Source of the DNA: Xanthobacteraceae bacterium
GTDB taxonomy: Bacteria; Pseudomonadota; Alphaproteobacteria; Rhizobiales; Xanthobacteraceae
Assembly (NCBI GenBank): GCA_045811525.1
Contig: JBJMTV010000010.1
Location: 3,385-67,384, forward strand
Direction of reading: 5' to 3'
DNA: 64,000 bases
The translations under genes and the position numbers were made by a program. Under the pieces are notes generated by a model. The model had not been told where the DNA came from and searched no databases. It worked only from the letters and a program-made list of their open reading frames with translations. Every line of letters begins with the position of its first letter. The stretch's first letter is position 1. Below are positions 1 to 11,340 of this stretch, piece after piece.

Positions 1-299
1 AGCGCGCCGATCACCGCGGCAGGCAGGAACGCGATAAGCACCCCGAGCACAAAGCGGCGGGCCGCAGGGTCGTCCAGCGTCCCGACAGCGATGCGCCAGA
101 GCCGCCCGAAGTAAATGGCCAGTATCGCGAGTATCGCCCCGAGCTGAATCAGCACCACGAAGGTTTTGCCGAAAGCGTCATCCTCGAATCCGAAGAATCG
201 ATTGAGCAGCAAAAGATGCCCGGTCGAGGACACCGGCAGGAACTCGGTGAGGCCCTCGACGATACCGAGAACGAAAGCCTTGAAAAGGTCAAAGGACAT
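1..299 (-). CDS. uppP: undecaprenyl-diphosphate phosphatase, N-terminal part (gene runs off the left edge)
   Basis: Own translation of the minus strand from ATG at 299: [59 protein letters not shown]... The [14 protein letters not shown] motif is the UppP/BacA signature. It is absent from the ORF track because it is truncated by the window edge. Confidence 0.85.
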   Translation of the reverse strand, partial: MSFDLFKAFVLGIVEGLTEFLPVSSTGHLLLLNRFFGFEDDAFGKTFVVLIQLGAILAILAIYFGRLWRIAVGTLDDPAARRFVLGVLIAFLPAAVIGA

Positions 300-573
300 G
301 CTCGGCTCCGACGAACGAGGACACCAACGGGCAAGGAAACACCGCGCGGCACTCGACCGGCGGTCGCAAGACGCTGCTTTTCCCGCATCATTACCGCCGG
401 GGCAACTGGGGACGCACCGGATTGCACAGCTTCCCTTGCGCAGTCTCTTATCTCGGCAATATCCAGAGCCGAGCATCTCCATTTGGTCTCAGCCATGACG
501 GGATTGCCCGCGAGGCGTGCTACATGCACTGCCCGATTCGCCCATTGCGGATGACCGCAGCCTTCAAACCCAA

Positions 574-1266
574 ATGCTGACGCTCTTTCATCACCCCTTC
601 TGCCCGCATTCACGCTTCATCCGCCTCGTCCTCGGCGAGCATGGTCTCACCGTGCGCGCGGTTGAGGAGCGGGTCTGGGAACGGCGCGAGGAGTTCCTCC
701 TCCTCAACCCAGCCTGCACGACGCCCGTGCTGGTCGAGGAAGGATGTCCGGCGGTACCCGGAGCAGCGGTGATCGCAGAATATCTCGATGAGACGCGCGG
801 CCTCGAGCTGGGCGAGCAGCGGCTCTTGCCGACGGAGCCCAGCGCGCGGGTCGAGGTGCGTCGGCTGATGAGCTGGTTCAACGAGAAGTTCTTCGCCGAG
901 GTCTCGGGCCCATTGGCGACGGAACGCCTATATAAACGCCACATGCCGCTGAGCGCAGGAGGCGGGTCTCCGGAAACGGACGTGATCCGTGCGGCGCGCC
1001 ACAACGTGCGTTACCACCTGGCTTATGTGGGCTGGCTGGTGCGGACCCGCCACTGGCTTGCCGGCGAGCGGATGAGCTATGCCGACCTTGCCGCCGCGGC
1101 GCATCTGTCGGCGACCGATTACCTGGGCGACGTGCCATGGAACGAAGACGAGGCCGCCAAGACCTGGTACGCGCGGGTGAAGTCGCGGCCCTCGTTCCGC
1201 CCGTTGCTGGCCGAAACACTGGCCGGCGTTCCGCCGTCACAGACATACGCCGACCTCGACTTCTGA
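574..1266 (+). CDS. glutathione S-transferase family protein (Grx2-like, CPxS N-terminal motif)
   Basis: Track ORF 517-1266. The likely start is ATG 574 ([25 protein letters not shown]...). It has a thioredoxin-like N-domain and a helical C-domain typical of GSTs. Confidence 0.8.
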   Translation: MLTLFHHPFCPHSRFIRLVLGEHGLTVRAVEERVWERREEFLLLNPACTTPVLVEEGCPAVPGAAVIAEYLDETRGLELGEQRLLPTEPSARVEVRRLMSWFNEKFFAEVSGPLATERLYKRHMPLSAGGGSPETDVIRAARHNVRYHLAYVGWLVRTRHWLAGERMSYADLAAAAHLSATDYLGDVPWNEDEAAKTWYARVKSRPSFRPLLAETLAGVPPSQTYADLDF

Positions 1267-1301
1267 ACGAGCCGCGTCCTGACGCTCGCGACCAGACAGC
1301 C

Positions 1302-2468
1302 TTGAAAGCAGCGTTGGCTGAGGCAGCGCATGAGCTTGGCTTTGATGTCATGGGCGTGACCCATGCGCATGCAATTCCGCACGCGGCAACGCGCTTGCGC
1401 CAATTCCTTGCCGAGGGTGCGCACGGCGATATGAGCTGGATGGCGGCGAACGCGGCGAAGCGCGGCGAGCCGCGCGCGCTCTGGCCCGAGGTGCGCTCTG
1501 TCATCATGCTGGGCCTGAATTACGCCAGCGTCGGCGACCCGCTGGCCGTGCTTCGTCGCCGCGAGCGCGGAGCGATATCGGTCTATGCCCGTGGTGAGGA
1601 TTATCACGAGATCATCAAGCCGCGGCTGAAGGCGCTCGCACGCTGGCTCATTGCCCGTGCAGGCGGTGAGGTGAAAGTATTCGTCGACACGGCGACCGTG
1701 ATGGAGAAGCCGCTCGCCGCTGCGGCAGGCCTCGGCTGGCAGGGCAAGCACACCAACCTGGTGTCGCGTGAGCTCGGCTCGTGGCTCTTTCTTGGAGCCA
1801 TCTTCACCACGCTCGACCTCGCGCCCGATGCGGCAGAAGAGGATCACTGCGGCAGCTGCCGGGCCTGTCTCGACATCTGTCCGACGGCGGCATTCCCTGC
1901 TCCCTACCGGCTCGATGCGCGCCGCTGTATTTCCTACCTGACGATCGAGCATAAAGGGCCAATTCCGCACGAGCTGCGCGCCGCGATCGGCAACCGCATC
2001 TATGGCTGCGACGACTGTCTCGCGGTCTGCCCCTGGAACAAGTTCGCGCAGTCCGGACGCGAGGCGAAGCTCGCCGCCCGCGCAGAGCTCGAAGCGCCGA
2101 TGCTCGAGGAGCTCGCAGCGCTCGATGACGCCGCATTCCGCAAGCTGTTCGCGAAGTCGCCGGTGAAGCGCACCGGCCGCAATCGATTCCTGCGCAATGT
2201 GCTCATTGCCATCGGCAACTCGGACGAGCTCGCGCTTGCAGCTGCGGCGGAAAACCTGCTGACCGATGCGAGCGCGGTCGTGCGCGGTGCGGCCATTTGG
2301 GCCTTAGGACAGCTCGATCCGGGACGCCTCGTGCGCGCCGCCGCGCAGCTCCGGTGCAACGAAACCGACCCAGACGTATGCGCGGAATGGCACGTTGCGT
2401 TGGAAAGACCCGGAAAGATGGTGCGCACGCCGAAGCGCGGCTTTGCGCACCCTACACCGAGCACATGA
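1302..2468 (+). CDS. queG: epoxyqueuosine reductase
   Basis: Two ferredoxin-type Cys clusters ([24 protein letters not shown]) and a HEAT-like C-terminus. ATG 1137 would overlap the GST gene by 130 nt, so in-frame TTG 1302 or CTG 1263 is more plausible, but the start is uncertain. The last codons lie in repeat DNA. Confidence 0.85.
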   Translation: MKAALAEAAHELGFDVMGVTHAHAIPHAATRLRQFLAEGAHGDMSWMAANAAKRGEPRALWPEVRSVIMLGLNYASVGDPLAVLRRRERGAISVYARGEDYHEIIKPRLKALARWLIARAGGEVKVFVDTATVMEKPLAAAAGLGWQGKHTNLVSRELGSWLFLGAIFTTLDLAPDAAEEDHCGSCRACLDICPTAAFPAPYRLDARRCISYLTIEHKGPIPHELRAAIGNRIYGCDDCLAVCPWNKFAQSGREAKLAARAELEAPMLEELAALDDAAFRKLFAKSPVKRTGRNRFLRNVLIAIGNSDELALAAAAENLLTDASAVVRGAAIWALGQLDPGRLVRAAAQLRCNETDPDVCAEWHVALERPGKMVRTPKRGFAHPTPST

Positions 2469-2520
2469 ACGCCGTCACGGGTACAGGGTGCGCATAGGTG
2501 CGAAAGCACCGTGCGCACCA
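2420..2520. repeat. short copy of palindromic repeat family A (GTAGGGTGCGCA / TGCGCACCCTAC type)
   Basis: CTTTGCGCACCCTAC (2441-2455) faces GTACAGGGTGCGCA (2481-2494). GGTGCGCACGCC and CCGTGCGCACC blocks match the 18.3-18.9 kb units. It sits between convergent gene ends. Confidence 0.75.
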
Positions 2521-2546
2521 GACACCGAGACGCGCGCGCCTTACCC

Positions 2547-3323
2547 TCAGAATTCGGCGACGGCAGCGAGCAGCCGCTCGAGGTCCTCCGGGCGCGACAA
2601 CCGGTGATCGCCGTCCTTCACCAAGGTGAGCACGACATCGTCGCGCGCAAAACGAGCCACCAGCTCGACGGCATGTTGCCAAGGTACGTCCGGGTCATTG
2701 ACGCCCTGCAGCACCCGTACCGGACAGCCGGTTTCGATCATTCCGCCGAGCAGCAAATGCGCGCGCCCCTCCTCGATGAGGTTGCGCGTGATCAAGTAAG
2801 GCGCACTCGAATATTGTGAGGGCCGCGCCCAGGAGCCGGTGTCTGCGATCGCCTGCTTCACCTCGGGCGAGATGCGCTTCCAGATCAGCTCCTCGGTGAA
2901 GTCGACTGCCGGCGCGATCAGCACGATACCGACGATGCTCGCCGCTGCAGCCGCGGCGTGCCGGACAAGCTCGCGTGCAAGCAGCAAAGCGATCCATCCT
3001 CCCATCGATGAGCCAATGACGACCTGCGGGCCTCGGCAGCAGTCTGCGAAAACCGCGATTGCCTCCTCGAGCCAGCGACCGATCGTCCCTTCGACAAAGT
3101 CGCCGCCTGATTCGCCATGCCCGGAATAGTCGAAGCGCACCATCGCGCGCCCCCGGGCCTGTGCCCAGTCATCCAGCGCGGCGGCCTTGGTCCCGACCAT
3201 CTCGGATTTGAACCCACCCAGCCAGAATAGGCCCGGGGCAGATCCCGCGCGCTGCCGCACGCTGATGCTGCGGACCGCATTGCCGGTTCCAACCGTCACC
3301 GATTTCAGGCAAAGATCATTCAT
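2547..3323 (-). CDS. alpha/beta hydrolase
   Basis: 258-aa ORF with a nucleophile elbow GSSMGG and an HG motif (YSGHGESGG). Confidence 0.8.
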   Translation of the reverse strand: MNDLCLKSVTVGTGNAVRSISVRQRAGSAPGLFWLGGFKSEMVGTKAAALDDWAQARGRAMVRFDYSGHGESGGDFVEGTIGRWLEEAIAVFADCCRGPQVVIGSSMGGWIALLLARELVRHAAAAAASIVGIVLIAPAVDFTEELIWKRISPEVKQAIADTGSWARPSQYSSAPYLITRNLIEEGRAHLLLGGMIETGCPVRVLQGVNDPDVPWQHAVELVARFARDDVVLTLVKDGDHRLSRPEDLERLLAAVAEF

Positions 3324-3453
3324 CTGCAGTGGGGCCCAGCGGAACGCGCGCGTGGCGTGCGCAGCTCCTCCTTTGGCCGCATGCCTCCCTGCATTGCAAG
3401 CGCGGCGGCACGGCGGGCGCTCCCGCCAGCCGGAAGCTGGTACGGGGTGGCGG

Positions 3454-4662
3454 GTGAGCGACAGCTACGGCGATACCCACGTCTCTCCCCGCACGCTGGC
3501 AGGGGCGACCATCCTGCAGATCGTGCCGGCCTTGCGTGACGAGCCCGTGGCGCGCAGCGCGGTGAACGTCGCCTATGCTCTGCTGCAGTCCGGCGCGCGG
3601 GCGCTTGTCGCCGGCGAGGATGGACCGCTGGTGGCGGAGCTCAAGGCATTCGGCGCGGAGTGGGTACCGCTGGTGAACGCCACCGCCAACCCACTCAAGC
3701 TCAGGCGCGGCGCTCGCAAGCTCGAGCAGCTGATCGCATCCGAGCGCGTCGACATCGTGCATGCGCAGAGCACTGGCGCGGCGTGGAGCGCGACGATGGC
3801 GGGCGGACAGATCGCCGTGTGGCTGGTCACCACCTTGCCGGACGTGCCGGCGACCCGAGGACTGCGGGCGTATTGGGCCGGCGCCCTCGCGCGCGGTGAC
3901 CGGGTGATCACACCCTCGGAGTTTGCCGCCGCATCGGTCATGGAACGTTACCGCTTGCCGCGCGAGCGCCTCACCGTCATCCCACGCAGCATCGACACCG
4001 CCGCATTCAATCCGGCAGCCGTCGACCCTGAGCGCATAGAGATGCTGCGCAAGGGCTGGCAGGTGGCAGCCGACGATCGCATCGTCCTCGTCCCCGGTCG
4101 GGTGGCGCCCTGGAACGGACAATTGTTGGTGCCGGAAGTCGCGCGCGCCCTGCACGACAGCGGCGCACGTGGATTCGTCTTCGTCATCGCCGGAGAAAAC
4201 CGCAGCTATCGTAGTTATGCACGCGCGATAGCGCAGGACGCGCAAGAGAAAAGCGTGCAACGGCTGATCCGCATCACCGGACATTGCCGGGACATGCCGG
4301 CGGCGTTCGCCGCCGCCGATACCGTTCTCGTCCCCGCCGCCGAGCCACCGGTCCTCGGCCGGGTTGCGGCCGAGGCGCAAGCAATGGGGCGCCCCGTGAT
4401 CACGTCCGACGCCGGCGTCCTCCCCGAGCATGTGGTTACCCCTCCAGACATGCCGGAGGAGCTGCGCACCGGCTGGGTGGTGAAGGGCGGGCAGCCGGAA
4501 GAGTTCACCCGCGCATTGCGCGCAGCCTTCGCACTCGATGACGCAGCCTACCGAGCGCTCGCTGCACGCGCGCGACAGTTCGCCGAGTATATGTTTTCGC
4601 CGCAGAGCGTGGCCGCCGCGACACGTGCTGTGTACACCTCGCTCCTGGCACGCGACGATTGA
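3454..4662 (+). CDS. glycosyltransferase family 4 (GT-B fold)
   Basis: The C-terminal half has the GT4 EPPVLGRVAAEAQAMGRPVITSDAG-type motif. The track start 3187 overlaps the hydrolase, so in-frame GTG 3454 is proposed. The start is uncertain. Confidence 0.75.
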   Translation: MSDSYGDTHVSPRTLAGATILQIVPALRDEPVARSAVNVAYALLQSGARALVAGEDGPLVAELKAFGAEWVPLVNATANPLKLRRGARKLEQLIASERVDIVHAQSTGAAWSATMAGGQIAVWLVTTLPDVPATRGLRAYWAGALARGDRVITPSEFAAASVMERYRLPRERLTVIPRSIDTAAFNPAAVDPERIEMLRKGWQVAADDRIVLVPGRVAPWNGQLLVPEVARALHDSGARGFVFVIAGENRSYRSYARAIAQDAQEKSVQRLIRITGHCRDMPAAFAAADTVLVPAAEPPVLGRVAAEAQAMGRPVITSDAGVLPEHVVTPPDMPEELRTGWVVKGGQPEEFTRALRAAFALDDAAYRALAARARQFAEYMFSPQSVAAATRAVYTSLLARDD

Positions 4663-4852
4663 GCCGGCTGCCGCCTGGCACCTCCCGGCTGCTCTGGGCA
4701 AATGCGTGGCGTGATACCGCTCTCTCGGTCGGGTGACAGGCGGACTCCACGCGCCCGGGGCCTTTTCGCCGTTGACATATGGCTGGTTTCTACCAATTGT
4801 TTACGCGCCTGCCTTAGGCAGACCGTTGCAACAGCATGAGGAGAGCCAAGCC

Positions 4853-5395
4853 ATTCGTCGTCCAATGAGAACCGCGCAGCCCGCCCCCAAGGACGGCCCG
4901 CGCATCAACGAGGAGATCCGTGTTCCTGCAGTACAATTGATCGATCAAACCGGCCACAATCACGGACCGATGGACATTGCGGCTGCTTTGGAAAGGGCCC
5001 AACAGGCCGGGCTGGATCTCGTCGAGATCGCCCCTAATTCAGCGCCCCCGGTCTGCAAGATTCTCGATTACGGCAAGTACAAGTATCAGGCGCAGAAGAA
5101 GGCCGCGGAAGCACGCAAGAAGCAGAAGGTGGTCGAGGTCAAGGAGATCAAGCTCCGGCCCATGATCGATGACCACGATTACGATGTTAAGATGCGCTCG
5201 ATGCAGCGTTTCTTCGAAGAGGGCGACAAGGTGAAGGTGACGCTTCGGTTTCGCGGCCGAGAAATGGCGCACCAGGATCTCGGCTATCAGCTGCTCAACC
5301 GGGTGAAGGACGACACCTCCGACCTTGCGAAGGTGGAGCAGGAGCCCCGGTTCGAAGGGCGCCAAGTGGTCATGGTGCTGGCGCCACGCACGTGA
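4853..5395 (+). CDS. infC: translation initiation factor IF-3
   Basis: Strong similarity to IF-3 ([14 protein letters not shown]..., [25 protein letters not shown]). In-frame ATT at 4853 lies 7 nt after GAGGAGAG. ATG 4865 is the alternative start. Confidence 0.9.
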   Translation: MRRPMRTAQPAPKDGPRINEEIRVPAVQLIDQTGHNHGPMDIAAALERAQQAGLDLVEIAPNSAPPVCKILDYGKYKYQAQKKAAEARKKQKVVEVKEIKLRPMIDDHDYDVKMRSMQRFFEEGDKVKVTLRFRGREMAHQDLGYQLLNRVKDDTSDLAKVEQEPRFEGRQVVMVLAPRT

Positions 5396-5698
5396 TGCGC
5401 CCGCACGTGCCAACCGCGCATCGGTGATCGAGCGCGGCGGACCTCGAAGGCGCGGCGGAGAGGCTCAGGCGCGGAGCTAAGCGCCTGTCCCACCGACATT
5501 CCTTGGCCCGCTCCTGGCTCCGCTCCTCTCTCCGGCGGTTGTGTTTTGAGCCCGCCTCTGCCATAACCCCGCCCTCTCGCGGCCCGGCCGAAAGGGCTGC
5601 CGTGGCTGCGAGCGGTGCTCATCAAGCACGCCAAAACCGAGCAGGCGTCCGGCCGGACGGGTGCTAGCCCGTCGGTCGCTGCCGCAGAGGAGAGCCAA

Positions 5699-5899
5699 AT
5701 GCCCAAGTTGAAGACCAAGTCCGGCGCCAAAAAGCGATTCAAGGTGACCGCCGGCGGCAAGGTGCTTTACCAGCAGTCCGGCAAGCGCCACGGCATGATC
5801 AAGCGCACCAACAAGCAGATCGCCCAGCTGCGCGGCACCAGTGTGCTGTTCAAGACCGACGGCGACAAAATCAAGAAATATTTCCTGCCCAACGGCTGA
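5699..5899 (+). CDS. rpmI: 50S ribosomal protein L35
   Basis: [22 protein letters not shown]... is a typical L35 N-terminus. A GAGGAGAG RBS lies upstream of ATG 5699. Confidence 0.95.
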   Translation: MPKLKTKSGAKKRFKVTAGGKVLYQQSGKRHGMIKRTNKQIAQLRGTSVLFKTDGDKIKKYFLPNG

Positions 5900-5990
5900 G
5901 CAGCGCCCGCTGCTTCGGCAGCTCGCGCGGGCGCATTCTTTCGTTGCGCAAAAGATCAGGCAAAGGGCACTCGATCAGGAGAACAAGACC

Positions 5991-6347
5991 ATGGCACGCG
6001 TCAAACGCGGCGTCACTTCACATGCCAAGCACAAAAAAGTCCTCAAAGCCGCCAAGGGCTATTACGGACGGCGCAAGAACACCATTCGCGTCGCCAAGCA
6101 GGCGGTCGAGAAGGCCAATCAATACGCGTACCGAGATCGCAAGCGGCGCAAGCGAACCTTCCGCGCGCTCTGGATCCAGCGGCTGAACGCCGCCGTGCGG
6201 CCCTTCGGGCTTAACTACAGCCGCTTCATCGATGGGCTCGGCAAGGCCGGGGTGATGGTCGACCGCAAAGTGCTCTCCGATCTGGCGATCAGTGAGCCCG
6301 CGACCTTCGAGGCGATTGTCGAGAAGGCCAAGGCGGCAGTCGCGTAA
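5991..6347 (+). CDS. rplT: 50S ribosomal protein L20
   Basis: [30 protein letters not shown]... is a canonical L20 sequence. Confidence 0.95.
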   Translation: MARVKRGVTSHAKHKKVLKAAKGYYGRRKNTIRVAKQAVEKANQYAYRDRKRRKRTFRALWIQRLNAAVRPFGLNYSRFIDGLGKAGVMVDRKVLSDLAISEPATFEAIVEKAKAAVA

Positions 6348-6430
6348 TCGACGCGCGAGCCGCACAAGCGGCGCTTGCGTGCTGCACGCCCAGGCCATGA
6401 GCGAAGCCAATAGCGAGGCATGAGCGAGGC

Positions 6431-7513
6431 ATGAGCGACATCGCCGCCCTCGAAGCCGAGCTCCTTGCCTCCATTGCTGCAGCAGCGGATGAGGCGGCGC
6501 TGGAAGCAGTCCGCGTCGCGGCGCTTGGCAAGAGCGGCGCGGTCTCGGCGCTGCTGAGAACGCTCGGCACCATGACGCCGGAGGAACGCAAGCGGCAGGG
6601 CCCGCTGATCAACGGCCTGAAGGACCGTGTCGCCACGGCGATCGCGGCCCGGCGGCAGACGCTGCAGGAGGCAGAGCTCGAGCAGCGCCTCAACAGCGAG
6701 ATGGTCGATGTCACGCTGCCGACGCGCGAGGCGCCCGCCGAGATCGGGCGCGTGCATCCCATTAGCCAGGTCACCGACGAGCTCACGGCCATCTTCGCCG
6801 ATATGGGGTTTGCCGTCGCCGAAGGGCCCGACATCGAGAGCGAGGACTACAACTTCTCCAAGCTCAACTTCCCCGAGGGTCACCCCGCCCGCGAGATGCA
6901 CGATACGTTTTATTTCAATTCCAAGGCGGATGGCTCGCGGCGGCTGCTGCGCACGCATACCTCGCCCGTGCAAATCCGCACCATGTTGGCGCACAAGCCG
7001 CCCATTCGCATCATCATCCCCGGACGCACCTATCGCAGCGACTCCGACCAGACGCACACCCCGATGTTTCACCAGGTTGAAGGGCTGGTGATCGATACGA
7101 GCTCGCATCTCGGACATCTGAAATGGATCCTCGAGGAATTCTGCAAAGCGTTCTTTGAGGTCGAGCGGGTGAAGATGCGTTTTCGGCCGTCGTTCTTTCC
7201 GTTCACCGAGCCGTCGCTCGAGGTCGATATCCAGTGTCGCAAAGGCCCCAACGAGGTGCGCTTCGGCGAAGGCGACGACTGGATGGAAATCCTTGGCTGC
7301 GGCATGGTGCATCCGAACGTGCTGCGCAATTGCGGACTGGATCCTGACAAGTACCAGGGCTTCGCCTGGGGCATGGGCATCGACCGCATCGCCATGCTCA
7401 AATACGGCATGCCGGACCTGCGTCCATTCTTTGAATCGGACGTGCGTTGGCTCACGCATTATGGCTTCCGCCCGCTCGATTTCCCCACCCTGGCGGGTGG
7501 ACTGAGCCAATGA
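6431..7513 (+). CDS. pheS: phenylalanine--tRNA ligase alpha subunit
   Basis: 360 aa with class II aaRS motifs ([32 protein letters not shown]). Confidence 0.95.
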   Translation: MSDIAALEAELLASIAAAADEAALEAVRVAALGKSGAVSALLRTLGTMTPEERKRQGPLINGLKDRVATAIAARRQTLQEAELEQRLNSEMVDVTLPTREAPAEIGRVHPISQVTDELTAIFADMGFAVAEGPDIESEDYNFSKLNFPEGHPAREMHDTFYFNSKADGSRRLLRTHTSPVQIRTMLAHKPPIRIIIPGRTYRSDSDQTHTPMFHQVEGLVIDTSSHLGHLKWILEEFCKAFFEVERVKMRFRPSFFPFTEPSLEVDIQCRKGPNEVRFGEGDDWMEILGCGMVHPNVLRNCGLDPDKYQGFAWGMGIDRIAMLKYGMPDLRPFFESDVRWLTHYGFRPLDFPTLAGGLSQ

Positions 7514-9924
7514 AATTCACCCTCGCTTGGCTCAAGGAGCATCTCGCGACAGACGCCGGGCTTGATACCATCGTCGACAAGCTCACCATGATCGGCCTCG
7601 AGGTTGAGAGCGTCGCCGATCGTGGAAAAATGCTCGCACCTTTTACCATCGCCCGCGTCGTCTCGGCCGAGCAGCACCCGAATGCCGATCGGCTGCGCGT
7701 ATGTTTGGTCGATACGGGAGAGGGCGCGCCGGTGCAGGTCGTGTGCGGAGCACCGAACGCGCGCGCGGGAATGCAGGGCGTTTTCGTGCCGCCCGGCGCA
7801 TTCATACCCGGCAAGAACATGACTCTTGGCGTCGGCAAGATCCGTGGCGTCGAGAGCCGTGGGATGCTGGTCTCCGAGTTCGAGCTGCAGATTTCAAACG
7901 ACCACGAGGGCATCATCGAGGTGCCGGCCGAAGCGCCGCTCGGTGCCAACTACGCGCAATGGGCCGGGCTCGACGATCCGGTGATCGAGATCAACTTGAC
8001 CCCCAATCGCGCCGACTGCACGGGCGTGAGCGGGATTGCGCGCGATCTCGCTGCAACCGAGCTCGGGCGGATCAAAACAGCCGAAGTGAAGCCGGTGGAG
8101 GGGCGCTTTCCTTGCCCGGTCAAAGTCACGCTTGAATTCGGCTCGAGCGCATCCCTCTGTCCGGCTTTTTCATTGCGCCTGGTGCGCGGCGTGAAGAACG
8201 GCCCCTCGCCCGCATGGCTGCAGCGGCGGCTTGCGGCGATCGGGCTGCGGCCGATCAACGCGCTGGTCGATATCACCAACTTCATGACCTACGATCGCGG
8301 CCGGCCGCTGCACGTGTTCGATGCCGGCAAAGTGCATGGCAGCCTCACAGTGCGACGCGCCAGGGCGGGGGAATCGCTGCACGCGCTCGACGGCAAGACC
8401 TACATCCTGGACGACACGATGTGCGTCGTCGCCGACGACCGCGGCGTTGAATCGCTTGCCGGGATCATGGGCGGCGAAGCCAGCGGCTGCTCGGAGAGCA
8501 CGACTGACGTGCTCATCGAGTCGGCGCTGTGGGAGCCGCTCAACATCGCGCAGAGCGGTCGCAAGCTCGGCATCCACTCGGATGCGCGCTACCGGTTCGA
8601 GCGCGGCGTCGATCCTGCCTTCATGCTGCCTGGCCTGGAGCTTGCCACCAAAATGGTCCTGGAGCTCTGCGGCGGCGAGCCTTCGGCCGTGACGCTCGCC
8701 GGCAAGCCTGAGGCTCCCGAGCGCATTATCGATTTCCCGCTGAGCGAGGTCCCGCGGCTCGCCGGGATCGAGGTCGATTTCGCGGAGGTGAAGCGTGTCC
8801 TTGGTCATCTCGGCTTTGTCCTCAGCGGCGCTGTTCCTTCAATAAAGGTTGCAGTGCCGTCTTGGCGCTCGGATGTGGAGGGAAAAGCCGATCTGGTCGA
8901 GGAGGTGGTCCGCATTATCGGGGTCGATCGGGTGCCCGCGACCCCGTTCGATCGCGGCGCTGCGCCGCGCAAGCCGGTGCTCACCTCAATCCAGCTGCGG
9001 GTGCGCAAGGCCAAACGCGCATTGGCCATGCGCGGCATGTTGGAAGCTGTGAGCTGGTCTTTCATCGGCAAGGCGTCCGCAGAGCTGTTCGGCGGCGGCA
9101 AGCCCGAGCTCGCGCTCGCCAATCCAATCGCGGCCGAGCTTTCCGATATGCGGCCAAGCTTGATCCCGGGGCTCGTCAGCGCCACCCAGAGGAACGCGGA
9201 CCGCGGCACATCCGATCTTGCGCTGTTCGAGGTCGGGCAGATCTTTCGCGGCGACAGTGCTGAGGAACAGCTCACCGCTGCCAGCGGCGTGCGGCGTGGG
9301 CTCGCTAAGCCGACCGGGATGGGCCGCCATTGGTCCGGCGCCGGCGAGGTCGACGCGTTTGACGCCAAGGCCGATGCGCTCGCCGTGCTTGCCGCCGCCG
9401 GAGCGCCGACGCAGGCGCTGCAGGTTGTGCCCGGAGCGCCGGCCTGGTTTCATCCCGGACGCAGCGGCACCCTTCAGATCGGTCCGCAAAACATCCTGGG
9501 GCATTTCGGTGAGCTCCACCCGCGCGCACGCGCCGCGCTTGATGCCGAAGATCCGCTGGTCGCGTTCGAGGTCATCCTCGACAAGATCCCTGAGGCAAAA
9601 GCGAGGGCGACCCGGGCGAGGCCCATTCTCGAGCTGTCAGCCCTGCAACCGGTTCAGCGCGACTTTGCCTTTGTTGTTGATCGAACGGTCAAGGCGGCAG
9701 ACATTTTGCGCGCGGCGCAGAGTGCGGACCGCAAGCTGATCAGCAATATCGGCGTGTTCGATGTGTATCAGGGAGAGGGCGTGGATGCGGACAAGAAATC
9801 CGTCGCCATTGCCGTCACCTTGCAACCGCGTGAAAAAACGATGACCGAGCCGGAAATCGATGCGGTTGCCGCACGGATTGTCGCCGAGGTGAGTAAGAGG
9901 ACTGGGGGCGTTTTGCGCGGCTGA
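7510..9924 (+). CDS. pheT: phenylalanine--tRNA ligase beta subunit
   Basis: [12 protein letters not shown] start, with an ATGA overlap on the pheS stop. tRNA-binding, B3/4, B5 and FDX-ACB regions are recognisable. Confidence 0.95.
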   Translation: MKFTLAWLKEHLATDAGLDTIVDKLTMIGLEVESVADRGKMLAPFTIARVVSAEQHPNADRLRVCLVDTGEGAPVQVVCGAPNARAGMQGVFVPPGAFIPGKNMTLGVGKIRGVESRGMLVSEFELQISNDHEGIIEVPAEAPLGANYAQWAGLDDPVIEINLTPNRADCTGVSGIARDLAATELGRIKTAEVKPVEGRFPCPVKVTLEFGSSASLCPAFSLRLVRGVKNGPSPAWLQRRLAAIGLRPINALVDITNFMTYDRGRPLHVFDAGKVHGSLTVRRARAGESLHALDGKTYILDDTMCVVADDRGVESLAGIMGGEASGCSESTTDVLIESALWEPLNIAQSGRKLGIHSDARYRFERGVDPAFMLPGLELATKMVLELCGGEPSAVTLAGKPEAPERIIDFPLSEVPRLAGIEVDFAEVKRVLGHLGFVLSGAVPSIKVAVPSWRSDVEGKADLVEEVVRIIGVDRVPATPFDRGAAPRKPVLTSIQLRVRKAKRALAMRGMLEAVSWSFIGKASAELFGGGKPELALANPIAAELSDMRPSLIPGLVSATQRNADRGTSDLALFEVGQIFRGDSAEEQLTAASGVRRGLAKPTGMGRHWSGAGEVDAFDAKADALAVLAAAGAPTQALQVVPGAPAWFHPGRSGTLQIGPQNILGHFGELHPRARAALDAEDPLVAFEVILDKIPEAKARATRARPILELSALQPVQRDFAFVVDRTVKAADILRAAQSADRKLISNIGVFDVYQGEGVDADKKSVAIAVTLQPREKTMTEPEIDAVAARIVAEVSKRTGGVLRG

Positions 9925-9942
9925 GGCTCTGCGCAAAGCCCG

Positions 9943-9985
9943 CGTTAGTGCGGCGGTTTTGCGAACTTCGGCATCGGGACACTAC
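9943..9985. repeat. half copy of hairpin repeat family B
   Basis: TGCGAACTTCGGCATCGGGACACTAC matches the right arm of the 21222-21296 element at 24/26 positions. The left arm is absent. The copy abuts the stop of the amine oxidase gene. Confidence 0.6.
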
Positions 9986-11340
9986 GAGCGGCGGCCGCCG
10001 AGCAGCTTCAGCACTGCATCGGCTGCGCGCTCGCCGGATTCCCAAGCACCACCCACCGTGCCCCAAAATGTCTCGTGGGCAGCCTCGCCGGCGAAAAAAA
10101 TTCGGTTGCCAAGCGGCTCCATGATGATCTTGCGGGCGGATTGCGCACCAGGCGCCGCCACCGACATGGCGCCCAAGACCCACGGCGCAGTGCTCCAGCG
10201 TGAGGCGAGCCGCCGATTGACCGCAGCCTTGATGTCGGACCCATAGAGCTTGCCGAGCCACGAGATCGCGAAATCAATCAGCGCCGCATCACCCTTGCCG
10301 GCGAGGTCGCGCCCGAAGCTCCCACCCACGTCGATGGTGCACACGCTGGAGCCTGAAATATTGGCGAAGATTGCCGCTGTCTGCTTGTTCTCGCTCTTCT
10401 CGAATACGAGCTCGTCGGCACGCAGACCCAGTGGATTGCCGGCAAGCTCGAGCGCTACGCGCTCGCGGCTGCCAAGCCTGAGCTTGGCGAACGCATCGAG
10501 GTGGCGCTTGGGCAGATCCGGCGCGAACCTCAGCTTGCCCGAGGTCACCGCATTCGTGGATGCCGTGACGATGACGGCACGAGCCTGAAACTGGCCGCGC
10601 GCCGTCTCCACCTGCACCACCCAGGAACCCCATGCGATGCGCGTCACGGGGGTGGCGAGCTGCACGGTCTGCGGGGGTACGAGCTTGGCAAGCAAAGCCC
10701 CAAAGCCCGCGCGACAGAACACGCTGTTTTCGCGCTCAGGCGAACGCGTCAGATCGACGGCGGAAACCTCGGCAAGATCCTTGCCGCAGGCATATGGTCC
10801 GAGCAGGAAGTCGATCGTCGAGCGCCAGTCACCGAGATCCTTCGGCAGGACTTGAGCAGCGGCAGCATCGGCCCGGCGTGCGCTGTCAGCAATCGCCGTG
10901 TTGGCGCGCACCAAGGTGGCGAGGAAATCCTCCATTTCACCCTCGCGCGCATAGCGCCGACCCAGACGCATGCGCTGCCCGGCAGGCGCGGGATAGAGCT
11001 CCACCCCAGTTTGCACCGCGAGCCTGGCGATCGGATTGAGGTCGGCGGCATAGATCCAGTGAGCGCCGCGGTCATAGGGCACACCGAAGGTCGTCGTGTC
11101 CGTGAGGCAGCGCCCGCCGACCTGCTCGGAGGCTTCGAGCAACGCGAAGCGCTTACCAGCCGCCGCCAGCCGTCGCGCCGCCGCAATGCCGGCAGCGCCG
11201 GCGCCGACGATAACCGCATCGACATTTCCGGACGCTGGCGGTCCTGCCTGCTGCGGAACCGGGCGCGGCGCTGCGGCCGCTGGCGCTGCCGTGGCGGCGC
11301 CGACACCCGCAAGAAAGTTGCGACGGCTCAGACCTTGCAT
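9982..11340 (-). CDS. flavin-dependent amine oxidase, Tat-exported
   Basis: The start is MQGLSRRNFLAGVGAATAAPAAA (twin-arginine signal). It has a GAGAAG dinucleotide-binding motif and an amine-oxidase C-terminal FFAGEA motif. Confidence 0.8.
   Translation of the reverse strand: MQGLSRRNFLAGVGAATAAPAAAAPRPVPQQAGPPASGNVDAVIVGAGAAGIAAARRLAAAGKRFALLEASEQVGGRCLTDTTTFGVPYDRGAHWIYAADLNPIARLAVQTGVELYPAPAGQRMRLGRRYAREGEMEDFLATLVRANTAIADSARRADAAAAQVLPKDLGDWRSTIDFLLGPYACGKDLAEVSAVDLTRSPERENSVFCRAGFGALLAKLVPPQTVQLATPVTRIAWGSWVVQVETARGQFQARAVIVTASTNAVTSGKLRFAPDLPKRHLDAFAKLRLGSRERVALELAGNPLGLRADELVFEKSENKQTAAIFANISGSSVCTIDVGGSFGRDLAGKGDAALIDFAISWLGKLYGSDIKAAVNRRLASRWSTAPWVLGAMSVAAPGAQSARKIIMEPLGNRIFFAGEAAHETFWGTVGGAWESGERAADAVLKLLGGRRS

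Noticed and set aside
6215-7510. Long antisense ORFs throughout the window, for example 6215-7510, 12703-13872, 15548-16921, 26778-28319, 27673-28941, 41363-42406, 47432-48961, 53329-54486, 54751-56091 and 58950-60020.
   Set aside because: Each lies opposite or out of frame to a gene with clear family motifs. Their translations are Arg/Ala/Gly/Pro-rich with no recognisable domains. This is the expected stop-codon-poor shadow-frame artefact of a ~65% GC genome.
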